Positions 36,877-44,343 of a DNA stretch of 52,437 nucleotides are shown here, piece after piece. Made by a program: the position numbers and the translations under genes. Positions within the stretch are counted from its first letter, which is position 1. Each line of letters begins with the position of its first letter. The DNA comes from a virus. Taxonomy: Duplodnaviria > Caudoviricetes. The notes beneath the pieces were generated by a model, which searched no databases, was not told where the DNA came from, and saw only the letters and a list, made by a program, of their open reading frames with translations. Location: the IMG/VR virus record IMGVR_UViG_3300032242_002237, positions 1 through 52,437 of that record, one strand, 5' to 3'.

Positions 36877-37160
36877 CAATCTCTCCGGGCATCATTCTTG
36901 CCGTCTGCACGGCTGATACGATCAACGTCGGGTCGCAGGCCCAAGGCATTGCTCACGATGGTGTCAATGCGTATCACATCATGGTTCATGGTCTTCACAC
37001 GATTGTCCAAGGCCGTGATAATGCCAGCCATGCCTTTGATGCTGCCAAGCACACCGCCCAGTAAAAGTTTTATGGTAAGATACACAAAGTAACCACCGGC
37101 AAATGCCATAGCCACCGGAAACCCAAGGTCACCTATTAGTTTGAAGATGTCACCCATCAC
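36876..37160 (-). CDS. Single-TM + coiled-coil protein (YvrJ/holin-like GFP motif)
   Basis: LIGDLGFPVAMAFAGGY...ITALDNRVKTMNHDVIRID; SD AAGGAG. Confidence 0.72.
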   Translation of the reverse strand: MMGDIFKLIGDLGFPVAMAFAGGYFVYLTIKLLLGGVLGSIKGMAGIITALDNRVKTMNHDVIRIDTIVSNALGLRPDVDRISRADGKNDARRD

Positions 37161-37187
37161 AGCTCCTTGTTGATATTATTCTAGTTG

Positions 37188-37230
37188 TATTTATTTCGGA
37201 CAGGCGTTTTTGGATCAGTGCCAATAAATA
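37188..37230. promoter_or_regulatory. Divergent pair of late promoters
   Basis: TAAATA on the minus strand (37188-37193) and on the plus strand (37225-37230). Confidence 0.6.
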
Positions 37231-37262
37231 ACACAAGTACAAAACCATCAGGATACCCGCAG

Positions 37263-38027
37263 ATGCAATATATCGATTACTCAGCCATTACGTTTGATGC
37301 GTTCAAAGACAGCAACAAGCAAGAAGATACCATAAAGCGCAAAAAAGAGATCCTAGACTCTGTTTTTTCATACCATAGAGCCACCCCACGGAGCATGCTT
37401 TTTGTGGGATTCAATCCGGCCATGCTAGACTACGCAGACCTAGATATCACTGTCACGCAGGTCACACCTGGAATCATGGGCTGGATACGCAAGGCCATTC
37501 CTTCAGCACGATTCATGGAATGGGAACAGCTGAATGAAACAGACTCTTTTGATGCTGTGATTGCCATGGAAGAATTCCTGACCTTTGCTGAGTCAGAAGA
37601 ATTCCAGCATGCACAATTGAACAAAATTTGCAATCTAGCCAACCAAGTTGCCATAACTACATTGAGAGACTACAAGAACCAAGGGTTCAAAGATCGTGAG
37701 TTCAGCATACCCAGTTTGGTCAAAGGCCAACAGGATGACAAGATGTTTTTGGAATATCATGACTACGATCTGCAGGACCGCAATGCATGGACACGTTCGG
37801 TATTTGAAGTACAGGGCGAGAACATGCGGGCCTTCCGTGGTTTCCAATGCAGGCAAATGTTTTTCAAACAGTGTGCGAAGTTCAGCCTTGATGCAGGTGC
37901 AACAGATTTCTTGATACACAAGAACATCATGTACAAGAGCCTGATCAAGAAGAACTATGAACACGTAATTTCAATGGGATTTTCAAATAATGGACGTAGC
38001 CAACCAAGTAGACAGTATAGTCAATAA
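37263..38027 (+). CDS. Hypothetical protein, possible degenerate class I SAM-methyltransferase fold
   Basis: SMLFVGF, DSFDAVIAM strand pattern; the Gly-rich motif is poorly conserved. Confidence 0.4.
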   Translation: MQYIDYSAITFDAFKDSNKQEDTIKRKKEILDSVFSYHRATPRSMLFVGFNPAMLDYADLDITVTQVTPGIMGWIRKAIPSARFMEWEQLNETDSFDAVIAMEEFLTFAESEEFQHAQLNKICNLANQVAITTLRDYKNQGFKDREFSIPSLVKGQQDDKMFLEYHDYDLQDRNAWTRSVFEVQGENMRAFRGFQCRQMFFKQCAKFSLDAGATDFLIHKNIMYKSLIKKNYEHVISMGFSNNGRSQPSRQYSQ

Positions 38028-39252
38028 TCTCGTAAGAGATATCGAAACACGTTTGAATGCCAGGGTCGAGTCCCTGATAACACAAGCCCTGCAAAGCCGC
38101 TTGGATTCTATCGACTATGAAAGCAAACTGAACTTCCTGGCCAGCCGCAAGCTGGACAGCATGATTGCTGAGATGGAAGTGGATCAAGCCAGTGTACAGC
38201 AACGACTGGATGCTGTGGCCGACACAGTGATCAACAGTGTGCAGACTGATGCCAGACAGATGGCCATCACACATGTGAAGAACAGGCTGTACAACGATCT
38301 TGATGTGAACCAGATGGTACGAGAAATCGTGGGTGTGGAGATCGCACAAAAGCTGGGCACGTTTGCATTTCCTCCCAACAGCATACCCGGCGAAGCTGTC
38401 AACAGCAAGAAGTTGGTCATATCAGGTGACAACGTCAGCGGCGGCATCATCAAGAACTTTGCCAGCAACGGCATTGATGACAAGAGCTCACAGGTGCAGA
38501 TGACCTTGCTGGACGCAGGCGTGGTGGTTGAAAACAAGCTGATCACCCTGGGCCTGGAAGTCAAAGGTACCACAGTGATCGAAGGTGACCTGCACATCGT
38601 GGGTGACGTTCCTGTGGAAGGCAAGTTCTATCAGACCTTGATCGCCCACACTGTGGAAGCTACCAAGAAAAACCTAGACACAGAACTGTTCCAGGGCTAC
38701 AGCCAGATCCTGTTTGATCGCATACAGGATCAAGGCATTGAGCTGGACAAGATCAGCATTGGCGGACAGCCCTTGGTACAAGGTCCCAAACTCAACTATG
38801 GTATTTCGGACACCAACATCACACGCCTGGGTATCGTGCAAGGACTGGAAACTTCAGGCGACACCTACTTGAACCAAAGCCTCATGGTGGTAAACGGACG
38901 AGTGGGCGTCAACACACGAGACCCACAGCATGCTCTCAGCGTGTGGGATCAAGAAGTGGAAATTGGGTTCACCAAGCGCCAGCGTGATGTGGGCTGGATG
39001 GGCACACCACGTGAGCAGAGCCTCATACTCAGTGCCAACAAAAACGACAACGTGGTGCTCAACCACGACGGATCAACCACTATCCAACGCCTGTTCCTGG
39101 GCGGTGTGGAAATTGGAACCACGGACCAATCACCTGCTGGTGCCGCGCCACGTGGCAGTGTGATGTTCAACAACAATCCAACTCCGGGCTCGCCCGCAGG
39201 CTGGGTCAGTTTGGGCAACGGCGCTTGGAGCCGTTTTGGCACCCTAGGTTGA
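37990..39252 (+). CDS. Probable structural/fibre-like protein
   Basis: N-terminal coiled coil, beta-rich C-terminus (GRVGVNTRDP, RGSVMFNNNP...GWVSLGNGAW). Confidence 0.55.
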   Translation: MDVANQVDSIVNNLVRDIETRLNARVESLITQALQSRLDSIDYESKLNFLASRKLDSMIAEMEVDQASVQQRLDAVADTVINSVQTDARQMAITHVKNRLYNDLDVNQMVREIVGVEIAQKLGTFAFPPNSIPGEAVNSKKLVISGDNVSGGIIKNFASNGIDDKSSQVQMTLLDAGVVVENKLITLGLEVKGTTVIEGDLHIVGDVPVEGKFYQTLIAHTVEATKKNLDTELFQGYSQILFDRIQDQGIELDKISIGGQPLVQGPKLNYGISDTNITRLGIVQGLETSGDTYLNQSLMVVNGRVGVNTRDPQHALSVWDQEVEIGFTKRQRDVGWMGTPREQSLILSANKNDNVVLNHDGSTTIQRLFLGGVEIGTTDQSPAGAAPRGSVMFNNNPTPGSPAGWVSLGNGAWSRFGTLG

Positions 39253-39277
39253 CAAAGATATAACAATAGCGTACACT
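39249..39277 (+). promoter_or_regulatory. sigma70-type promoter
   Basis: TTGACA-17 bp-TACACT; ATG 6 nt downstream. Confidence 0.75.
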
Positions 39278-39283
39278 TGCTCT

Positions 39284-39418
39284 ATGACTAGCGTCTTCGA
39301 GTTTGTTTTAGTAAGTATCATTGGTCTGGGCATGCTCCTGGGCATGATACTTTTCTTCAGCAAGCTCTTGGATATTTTCTTTGAATCCGATGACCCTTGG
39401 AAAAACAATGACAGATAA
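39284..39418 (+). CDS. Small membrane peptide (not in ORF track)
   Basis: MTSVFEFVLVSIIGLGMLLGMILFFSKLLDIFFESDDPWKNNDR*. Confidence 0.55.
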   Translation: MTSVFEFVLVSIIGLGMLLGMILFFSKLLDIFFESDDPWKNNDR

Positions 39419-40445
39419 ACGAATCGGCTTTTGTTGCAAATGGCTCAATGACCCATCCGAATGTGGCGGCATGAAAGTAAATGCTGTGGATCGCGAGCTA
39501 AACGGACGCTCAACTACCATGCGCTGGTTGCGTGAACATGCAGACGAAGCTGAACAGCGCCAGTGGGACATCATGAATCACAATGCCATAGCCGCGGTCA
39601 AGATGATTGAGCGTGTGGCTACCTTGGAACCCGAACGACGCATGGTACGCCTGGGTAGCGAAATGCTACAGGGCTACACAGAACCGTCGTGGATTGACTG
39701 GTGGCAACGCCCAGAAATCCAAGCGCACTGTGAAAAGATCTTTGCACCCATTGGTGAAACTGCTCGACGCTTGGGTGTGCGACTATCGTTCCATCCTGGC
39801 CAGTTCTGTGTGCTGGCGTCAGAGTCAGACGAGATTGTGGAGCGCAGTATCTTAGAATTTGAATATCACGTTGATATGGCGCGGTGGATGGGCTACGGCG
39901 CCACATGGCATGACCATGGTTTCAAGATCAACGTGCATTTGTCTGGTAAAGGTGGATCAGACAAGTTCCTACGAACCCTGGGCAAGCTCACGCCCGAGGC
40001 CAGGAATCTAATAACCATCGAAAACGATGAGATGACAAATGGACTGGACTGTACTCTTGCTGTTGGTGAACATGTGGCTCTTGTTCTCGACATTCACCAT
40101 CATTGGATCAACTCGAATGGCGAATATATCTTGGCCACGGATGATCGCGTTCGTAGGGTTGTTGACAGTTGGCGTGGTACTCGTCCTGTTCTGCACTATT
40201 CTGTTAGTAGGGAAGATATTCTTGTGGGTCATTGCCCCGGAACTAGGCCCGATCTTGCGGGACTTGTTGCTGGAGGTCATAAGAAACAAAAGCTTCGAGC
40301 ACACAGTGATTTTTACTGGAACGAGCCTGTCACAGACTGGGCTTTGACTTTCCTAGACAACTTTGACATACAGTGCGAGAGCAAGGGCAAGAACTTGGCC
40401 AGTGGTCAAGTTTACAATCGAGCCAAGACCCTACAGCTGGTATAA
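39408..40445 (+). CDS. uvsE: UV damage endonuclease UvdE/UvsE
   Basis: RIGFCC, RLGS, RLSFHPGQFCVLAS, INVH, TIENDE, LVLDIHHH, HYS, RAHSD, ESKGKN. Confidence 0.92.
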   Translation: MTDKRIGFCCKWLNDPSECGGMKVNAVDRELNGRSTTMRWLREHADEAEQRQWDIMNHNAIAAVKMIERVATLEPERRMVRLGSEMLQGYTEPSWIDWWQRPEIQAHCEKIFAPIGETARRLGVRLSFHPGQFCVLASESDEIVERSILEFEYHVDMARWMGYGATWHDHGFKINVHLSGKGGSDKFLRTLGKLTPEARNLITIENDEMTNGLDCTLAVGEHVALVLDIHHHWINSNGEYILATDDRVRRVVDSWRGTRPVLHYSVSREDILVGHCPGTRPDLAGLVAGGHKKQKLRAHSDFYWNEPVTDWALTFLDNFDIQCESKGKNLASGQVYNRAKTLQLV

Positions 40446-40469
40446 AAAAGCCCCTTCCGGGGCTTTTTT
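40444..40469. terminator. Bidirectional intrinsic terminator
   Basis: AAAAAAGCCCC-ttcc-GGGGCTTTTTT between convergent genes. Confidence 0.9.
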
Positions 40470-40473
40470 GTTT

Positions 40474-40734
40474 TTAAGACGCTTTGGGTGTCTTAGGTTT
40501 CTTTGGTGCCTTGGCTTTGGTAGGTGCCTTGGCAGTAGCAGTCTTTTTAACAGGAGCAGGCCGTTTGGCCTTTGCTGTCGTCTTTTCAGCTACTGAAGTC
40601 ACCTCCTTTACAGGCTCAGCTACAACAGCAGGTGCTGGTGCAGACTCCTGAGCAGGCGATTCAACCTTGTATGGTACTTCCGCCGCTATTGCATCCGGTT
40701 TTCCAAAGATGAAATGTTTGATCTTTTGCAACAT
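40474..40734 (-). CDS. Small protein with Lys/Ala/Pro-rich (histone H1-like) tail
   Basis: SD AAGGAG; minus-strand TAAATA at 40764-40769; KAKRPAPVKKTATAKAPTKAKAPKKPK. Confidence 0.7.
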   Translation of the reverse strand: MLQKIKHFIFGKPDAIAAEVPYKVESPAQESAPAPAVVAEPVKEVTSVAEKTTAKAKRPAPVKKTATAKAPTKAKAPKKPKTPKAS

Positions 40735-40906
40735 CGTAATGTCTCCTTCGAAGATGTGTATTATATTTAGTGAGAACTCACTAGTATTTGATAGAAAAAT
40801 ATTCAATAAAATGTTGCACTGCCGCATAAATAAATGTACAATGTAGAAGTGATGCCAGTAGTTGGGTCACTTTGAAATTGGAACATTCGTCTATAAGGAG
40901 AAAAAC

Positions 40907-41188
40907 ATGTTCACAGCAGACACAGTAATCGACACAGTTACCACAGCCCAGAAACAGGCTATCAAGTTCATCAAGAACGAAGCAGTTGCAAAGAGCCTCA
41001 CAGAAATCGTTGACACACAAGCCCAGACCGCCAAAGCCGCAGTCAAGGTCGGAACCGACGCATTTGCCACAGTAGGCAAGGAATTTGTCAAGGCCACCAC
41101 AGAAGCCTCAAAGTATGACTACAGCAAGCAGTTCGCTGAAGCATATGAGTCTTGGACCAAGATGTTCACACCTGCCAAGGCCAAGTAA
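40907..41188 (+). CDS. Small amphipathic helical protein, possibly phasin-like
   Basis: 93 aa Ala/Thr/Lys-rich helical ORF; SD AAGGAG; TGC-rich box upstream. Confidence 0.45.
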   Translation: MFTADTVIDTVTTAQKQAIKFIKNEAVAKSLTEIVDTQAQTAKAAVKVGTDAFATVGKEFVKATTEASKYDYSKQFAEAYESWTKMFTPAKAK

Positions 41189-41210
41189 GTTAGCACTCAC
41201 TAACCTATTG

Positions 41211-41238
41211 AAAAACGGGCATTTTTGCCCGTTTTTTT
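41211..41238 (+). terminator. Intrinsic terminator
   Basis: AAAAACGGGC-attttt-GCCCGTTTTTTT. Confidence 0.88.
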
Positions 41239-41242
41239 ACGG

Positions 41243-41271
41243 TTGACACAAAATCCCAATCTTGCTATACT
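41243..41271 (+). promoter_or_regulatory. Early promoter
   Basis: TTGACA-17 bp-TATACT with an extended -10 TG. Confidence 0.85.
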
Positions 41272-41306
41272 TAGGACTGTAAATAACTGATCCTAAGGAA
41301 AAAATC

Positions 41307-41477
41307 ATGAAATTTGCTCTTGTCATCGCCGCTATTGTTATCCTGGTGTGCCTGGGCCCGCTGGCAACAATCTGGTCTCTCAACACCTTGTTCCCGGTGC
41401 TACACATTCCGTTCACTTTTGACACCTGGTGTGCCGCAGTGATCCTGGGTGGCTTGTTCAGCGCCAAGTTCAAGTAA
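41307..41477 (+). CDS. Small membrane protein (not in ORF track)
   Basis: SD AAGGA; MKFALVIAAIVILVCLGPLATIWSLNTLFPVLHIPFTFDTWCAAVILGGLFSAKFK*. Confidence 0.75.
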   Translation: MKFALVIAAIVILVCLGPLATIWSLNTLFPVLHIPFTFDTWCAAVILGGLFSAKFK

Positions 41478-41480
41478 CGG

Positions 41481-41509
41481 TTGACCAAAAATCCCAACTC
41501 GTGCATAAT
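41481..41509 (+). promoter_or_regulatory. Early promoter
   Basis: TTGACC-17 bp-CATAAT; ATG 6 nt downstream. Confidence 0.75.
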
Positions 41510-41515
41510 TACGGT

Positions 41516-41683
41516 ATGACGATGAAAACGAACCAGACCATAAAGTTTGAAATGCCTCGTGTGCGCACCCGTGCTCACATGGTGCTGTTCTGCGAAGGTA
41601 CTCCGTTCAAGCCCAAGCGGGTTGAGAACAAAAAGGCCTACGTTCGTCGTGCCAAGCATCCTAAACATCAACAAGAAACCTAA
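41516..41683 (+). CDS. Small basic protein resembling ribosome rescue factor ArfA
   Basis: PFKPKRVENKKAYVRRAKH vs ArfA-type LFRQRVEKNKKGKGSYxRKxKH. Confidence 0.5.
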   Translation: MTMKTNQTIKFEMPRVRTRAHMVLFCEGTPFKPKRVENKKAYVRRAKHPKHQQET

Positions 41684-41692
41684 GGAGGGTTT

Positions 41693-41851
41693 ATGACACG
41701 TCTGGAATCGGCTGCCAACACGGCAATCTTTGATCGTCAACTGCCGTTTGATCGTGCAGTGCGTTTCGTCACTCGCGAGGCCGATGTGGCTCGTGAAGTA
41801 GCAGAGCATGCTCTGCGTCAGGTACTGGTGTGGTACAAAAAGCCACGCTGA
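41693..41851 (+). CDS. Small hypothetical protein (not in ORF track)
   Basis: SD AAGGAGG; MTRLESAANTAIFDRQLPFDRAVRFVTREADVAREVAEHALRQVLVWYKKPR*. Confidence 0.7.
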   Translation: MTRLESAANTAIFDRQLPFDRAVRFVTREADVAREVAEHALRQVLVWYKKPR

Positions 41852-42078
41852 TACTGATGGTAGCGGCACTGGCCGGTTGTGCCAGTACGCCTGCCTTCCA
41901 GTACGACATCAGCCGCATGCAACCGGACTGTGCCAATGCCCGGTTGCAGATAAACTGGCTTGAGTACCAGATCAAAAACAGCGGACTTGACCCCACAAGA
42001 TCCGAGCCCGAACGCAAGTTCATTTCTCAAGCCAAGGAACTGGTATGGACTATACGAAGCACCTGCGTGGTACAGTAG
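41830..42078 (+). CDS. Putative lipoprotein
   Basis: Hydrophobic signal with LAGC lipobox. Confidence 0.65.
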   Translation: MVQKATLILMVAALAGCASTPAFQYDISRMQPDCANARLQINWLEYQIKNSGLDPTRSEPERKFISQAKELVWTIRSTCVVQ

Positions 42079-42353
42079 CCCTTGTGGCTGTATTGAGCGT
42101 CACAGCCTGCGCCATACCCACTGCCAACACCGTGCGTATATCTCAGCAGGAAGCTGAGTCGTTCAGGATTGACTGCAATCACAAACAGGAACAACTGGAG
42201 TTTCTCAGAGCCCAGCTGATACGTCCGTATCCCTACAACAACGTGGTCACCACCAATGGTGAGCCTGTGTTGAATCCAGTGATACACAAAGACATAACTG
42301 GTTCCATAATCCAAGCTCGCATACAGAGCCTGAACACATGGTGCCCACGATGA
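42045..42353 (+). CDS. Putative lipoprotein
   Basis: Signal with VTAC lipobox; DC...QL.FL..Q pattern shared with the previous ORF. Confidence 0.65.
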   Translation: MDYTKHLRGTVALVAVLSVTACAIPTANTVRISQQEAESFRIDCNHKQEQLEFLRAQLIRPYPYNNVVTTNGEPVLNPVIHKDITGSIIQARIQSLNTWCPR

Positions 42354-42931
42354 AACGAGCTCTACTGGCCACCTTGGTTCTGTTGCAAAGCACAGCCTGG
42401 GCCGAATGCTATGTGCAAAGCACCTATCTCAACCAGATCAAATCTCAGATCGAGCGCACAGCCGACGAGCAACGATTCGTGGGCATGATAGATGGACAAA
42501 AGCTCTGCAGGGTGGCCTTCAGGGTCATGGTCTCAGGCCAATGGCACACTGCACAAGGTGAAGCCCTGGGTGTGCCCGAAGTTGACGATGCCCAGCTGTG
42601 TGCCAGGGCCACCGACACCGGCCGTGCTCGATTGCTGGAAAGCATTGGCAGTGTGAGATCCAGTGTGACCCAGGACATGATCTGTACCGACAAGGACATT
42701 CCAAAATGGAAACCAGTGCGAGTGGGCGACCATATTCGTGAAAGCGAAGTGGCACCGCATCCAAATCCTGCCCGTCGCAAGAGCTTTGCCTACATGGGCC
42801 AAGAGTGCAGATGGTTCGTGGAGACCGTGCCGTTTGGTACCGGAGGCCTGGAACAGAATTCGGGCATCATGTGTCGCCTCAAGCAGGACGACTGGTACAT
42901 TGTTGACAAATGGGTCAACACCCGAGGTTGA
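42350..42931 (+). CDS. Secreted Cys-containing hypothetical protein
   Basis: Sec signal MKRALLATLVLLQSTAWA|E; six Cys. Confidence 0.7.
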   Translation: MKRALLATLVLLQSTAWAECYVQSTYLNQIKSQIERTADEQRFVGMIDGQKLCRVAFRVMVSGQWHTAQGEALGVPEVDDAQLCARATDTGRARLLESIGSVRSSVTQDMICTDKDIPKWKPVRVGDHIRESEVAPHPNPARRKSFAYMGQECRWFVETVPFGTGGLEQNSGIMCRLKQDDWYIVDKWVNTRG

Positions 42932-42957
42932 CACAAAATTGTTCATTATATTATACT
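42928..42957 (+). promoter_or_regulatory. Early promoter
   Basis: TTGACA-18 bp-TATACT. Confidence 0.7.
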
Positions 42958-42990
42958 TTAACTATCCTAACTCTACACGAAAGGTGTAAC

Positions 42991-43116
42991 ATGAAAAAAC
43001 TGTTTGTGTTGTTTGCTATTTCAACGGTGCTGTCAGCATGTGGCACCATTGGTGGAGCAGTAAGTGGTGCTGGCACGGACTTGTCCAAGGCCGGTGAATG
43101 GATCAAATCTAAATAA
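42991..43116 (+). CDS. Entericidin EcnA/B-like small lipoprotein
   Basis: MKKLFVLFAISTVLSAC-GTIGGAVSGAGTDLSKAGEWI. Confidence 0.7.
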   Translation: MKKLFVLFAISTVLSACGTIGGAVSGAGTDLSKAGEWIKSK

Positions 43117-43124
43117 GGAATTGT

Positions 43125-43733
43125 ATGAAACAACTTGTTGTTGCTAGTGCTGTGGTTGCCGTGCTAGCCGGCTGTAGCACCACTGGAAGTCCCACTGCCA
43201 GTGGAAGTGACAACTTCTACCAGGCCCAGTTGGCCAAGGCAGAAGAAAAGCGCGAAAAGCAGGTGGAAAAGGTCTTGGACAAAGCGCCAGACTGGATGAC
43301 CAAACTGCCCAAGGCCGCAGGTGTGGTCTATGCCAATGGCACTGCACGTAGCACTGATTTCAGCATGGCAGATGAAAAAGCCAAGATGATTGCATTTGGA
43401 CGCATTTGCATGACAGCCGGTGGCGAAGTGGACAAGCAGGGCAAGCTGTATAGATCCGACACAGGAGATATCAGCACCGAGACCAGCGAAATCGCCATCC
43501 GCGAGCTGTGCAGGCGTGTGGACGTGACTGGTGCAGATGTGGTTGAGCTCAAGCGCATCAGCGAAGGTTCCTTTTATCGTTCCTATGTTTTGCTGGCCTT
43601 GCCCATGGGCGACGCCAATCTGCTGAAAAAAGCCAAGCTGGATGAAGAAGTGGCCAAATCTGCAGGACGCCGTAGCCAAGAAGCATTCAAAGAATTGGAC
43701 GAAAAAATCGAGCAACGTTCGGAAAAGAACTGA
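43125..43733 (+). CDS. Lipoprotein (LPP20-like)
   Basis: LAGC lipobox; APDWM, YANGTA, A..KAK..A pattern. Confidence 0.65.
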   Translation: MKQLVVASAVVAVLAGCSTTGSPTASGSDNFYQAQLAKAEEKREKQVEKVLDKAPDWMTKLPKAAGVVYANGTARSTDFSMADEKAKMIAFGRICMTAGGEVDKQGKLYRSDTGDISTETSEIAIRELCRRVDVTGADVVELKRISEGSFYRSYVLLALPMGDANLLKKAKLDEEVAKSAGRRSQEAFKELDEKIEQRSEKN

Positions 43734-43746
43734 TAAAGTTATAGTT

Positions 43747-43790
43747 AAAGCCCACTGGCATGCACGTAAATACGCATGTCGGAGGGCTTT
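43747..43790 (+). promoter_or_regulatory. Long hairpin with late promoter in the loop and SD in the 3' arm (may also terminate upstream transcripts)
   Basis: AAAGCCC-a-CTGGCATGC-acgTAAATAc-GCATGTCGG-a-GGGCTTT. Confidence 0.7.
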
Positions 43791-43793
43791 TCT

Positions 43794-44291
43794 ATGGCAA
43801 GACCCAGTTTAATAACCCAATATATGACCGCACCTTTACCCACAGTGAGCGAGCAACGACGCTTGCCCTTTAGGCCCAGTGTGGAAGAAGCCAATAGACT
43901 CTACAATGTGATCAACAAGTATGTGTTCGAAAATCAGCTGACACGCCCAGAAATAATACTCAAGACCAATTGCCAGAAATTCTGGGGTGTTTGCAACTGG
44001 AAGGACGAACGCCAAAAAAGCGCCAGTTGGGGCAAGCCCGGCACTTGGTGCACCATCGAGCTCATGGACAAGTGGTTCTGCCCACAGTGGTTCTGCAACA
44101 CCCTGGCACATGAAATGGTGCATCAGTATCAGTGGGACATAGAAGAAGACTTTGCCATACATGACAACAGTGGCGGGCATGGTCCCAGTTTCCATGCCTG
44201 GAAAGATCGTTTTGCCCATTACGGACTGTATCTCAAGACCAGCCATGGCATGAAACGCTGGTTGCGACACCAAGACTTTCGTAAGTGTTGA
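43794..44291 (+). CDS. SprT-like zinc metalloprotease
   Basis: INKYVFENQL, TLAHEMVH, GHGPSF; SD GGAGG favours ATG 43794. Confidence 0.82.
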   Translation: MARPSLITQYMTAPLPTVSEQRRLPFRPSVEEANRLYNVINKYVFENQLTRPEIILKTNCQKFWGVCNWKDERQKSASWGKPGTWCTIELMDKWFCPQWFCNTLAHEMVHQYQWDIEEDFAIHDNSGGHGPSFHAWKDRFAHYGLYLKTSHGMKRWLRHQDFRKC

Positions 44292-44326
44292 CACCTGATC
44301 TATAATCAACTATAATTGCGTATAAT
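44288..44326 (+). promoter_or_regulatory. sigma70 promoter with three TATAAT boxes at 10-bp spacing
   Basis: TTGACA(44288)-17 bp-TATAAT(44311); extra TATAAT at 44301 and 44321. Confidence 0.85.
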
Positions 44327-44343
44327 TCAAACAGGAGCAGTGA

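Noticed and set aside
41237-41869. 210-aa minus-strand ORF
   Set aside because: Antisense to three small plus-strand ORFs that have clear promoters and start signals.
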